Positions 62,627-64,000 of a stretch of DNA of 64,000 nt are shown here, piece by piece (the stretch's first letter is position 1; each line of letters opens with the position of its first letter). The notes below the pieces were generated by a model, which worked only from the letters and a program-made list of their open reading frames with translations, ran no database searches and was not told where the DNA came from. Made by a program: the position numbers and the translations under genes. The DNA is from Euprymna scolopes (taxonomy: Eukaryota): assembly GCA_053919585.1 (NCBI GenBank), contig CM132822.1; one strand, given 5' to 3'.

Positions 62627-63507
62627 TTCATCTTGAGTGTTATTCTCTAACCTTCTTCAATGATATCAAGTTGGTAATCTTTCTGTTGAACTTGGGAATC
62701 TGCACAGAATTTCAAATGGAATCTTTTATTTAATCCGCAGTGTTAGTATGTTCTTGTTCCGTCAGCCATGAACAGTTAGAATTCCAAATGATTCGGAATT
62801 GTATTCTCATTATTGCCCACACTGAGGATTGAACCTTCAACATTTAGGAGAGTGTCACTTACAACTGACTTTTCCCAAATACTGTATCCATTATGCCATG
62901 AGTCTACATGGTCCACTGGCGATACTAAGAATACAATTATGAATTACTTAAGGTTTCATGGCTGATGAAAAAAAGAGCAAGCTACCTTTATAGATTAAAT
63001 AAAAGGGTCTGTTCAAAATTCCATACAGATTCCCAAGTTTGATAGAAAGATCCATAAGTTTACAAGATGCACGTGAAGGAGGTTGGAAGTTAAAACATCA
63101 TGGGAATAATATGCAACATGAGACCAGTAGTCCGAATAGTCCAAATAATACAAATGATCAATCTTCATCTGAAAAGTTCAGAAACATAAGTTGTTTGATA
63201 TTATAATTGGAATGAAGAATTGTGCTTATTACATATGCATCATTATAATTGTAGTTTAAATCATAGATATGTGACCACATTTGGTTATAGTCAGCTAACG
63301 TCTTCCCTAATTTTCTGCGGAGTATTACCAGAAGGCAAATCAGTTCCTTTGCTTGTTTTGTTATTCAGCATTTGTATTTTGAAGCAATTTAAATAAAATA
63401 CATGAAAAGAGCATTATTGAAAAATGTACAACAAAAATTAACAAAATGATAAAAAGATAAAAATAACACAATTAGTCTTTATTTGTACTTTTAGTAACAA
63501 AATTTTG

Positions 63508-64000
63508 AAAATGAAAGTTTTTATTTTATTTGAAATTTTATAAGAAATATGTTTATGAAGTTATAAAAATGAAAGTTTTTCTTTTATTTGAAATTTTATA
63601 AGAAATATGTTTATGAAGTTATAAAAATAAAAGTTTTTCTTTTATTTGAAATTTTATAAGAAATATGTTTATGAAGTTATAAAAATGAAAGTTTTTCTTT
63701 TATTTGAAATTTTATAAGAAATATGTTTATGAAGTTATAAAAATAAAAGTTTTTCTTTTATTTGAAATTTTATAAGAAATATGTTTATGAAGTTATAAAA
63801 ATGAAAGTTTTTATTTTATTTGAAATTTTATAAGAAATATGTTTATGAAGTTATAAAAATAAAAGTTTTTCTTTTATTTGAAATTTTATAAGAAATATGT
63901 TTATGAAGTTATAAAAATGAAAGTTTTTATTTTATTTGAAATTTTATAAGAAATATGTTTATGAAGTTATAAAAATAAAAGTTTTTCTTTTATTTGAAAT
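63508..64000. repeat. 58-bp AT-rich satellite running off the window end
   Basis: Period 58 (63513, 63571, 63629...). Confidence 0.96.

Overview
AT-rich, microsatellite-dense eukaryotic (animal) genomic DNA from a draft assembly with four N-gaps. The repeat families look molluscan/cephalopod-like, which is an inference and not proven. The only convincing host gene is a minus-strand gene with two very large, phase-compatible coding exons (19564-20712 and 8896-10037) for a low-complexity/coiled-coil protein. The rest is mostly mobile DNA: CR1/Zenon-type LINE fragments, a near full-length but disrupted R4/Dong-type (RLE) LINE plus further copies, an I/Nimb-type ORF1 relic, an intact IR/DR Tc1 (DD34E) transposon, two mariner relics, Helitron-like elements, 5S-derived and tRNA-derived SINEs, Penelope-like fragments and several minisatellites. 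Three things stand out. (i) A young non-coding LTR retrotransposon (56990-61739) carries an internal tRNA-Lys(UUU)-headed, hairpin-rich, Pol III-like unit and an internal segment complementary to its own PBS. (ii) A ~290-bp tRNA-Ala-headed element with a hammerhead ribozyme sits inside a (TA)n tract. (iii) There are about ten hammerhead ribozyme motifs of several families, one apparently intact and one duplicated as a near-perfect 212-bp palindrome. All structures were folded by eye; no searches were run.
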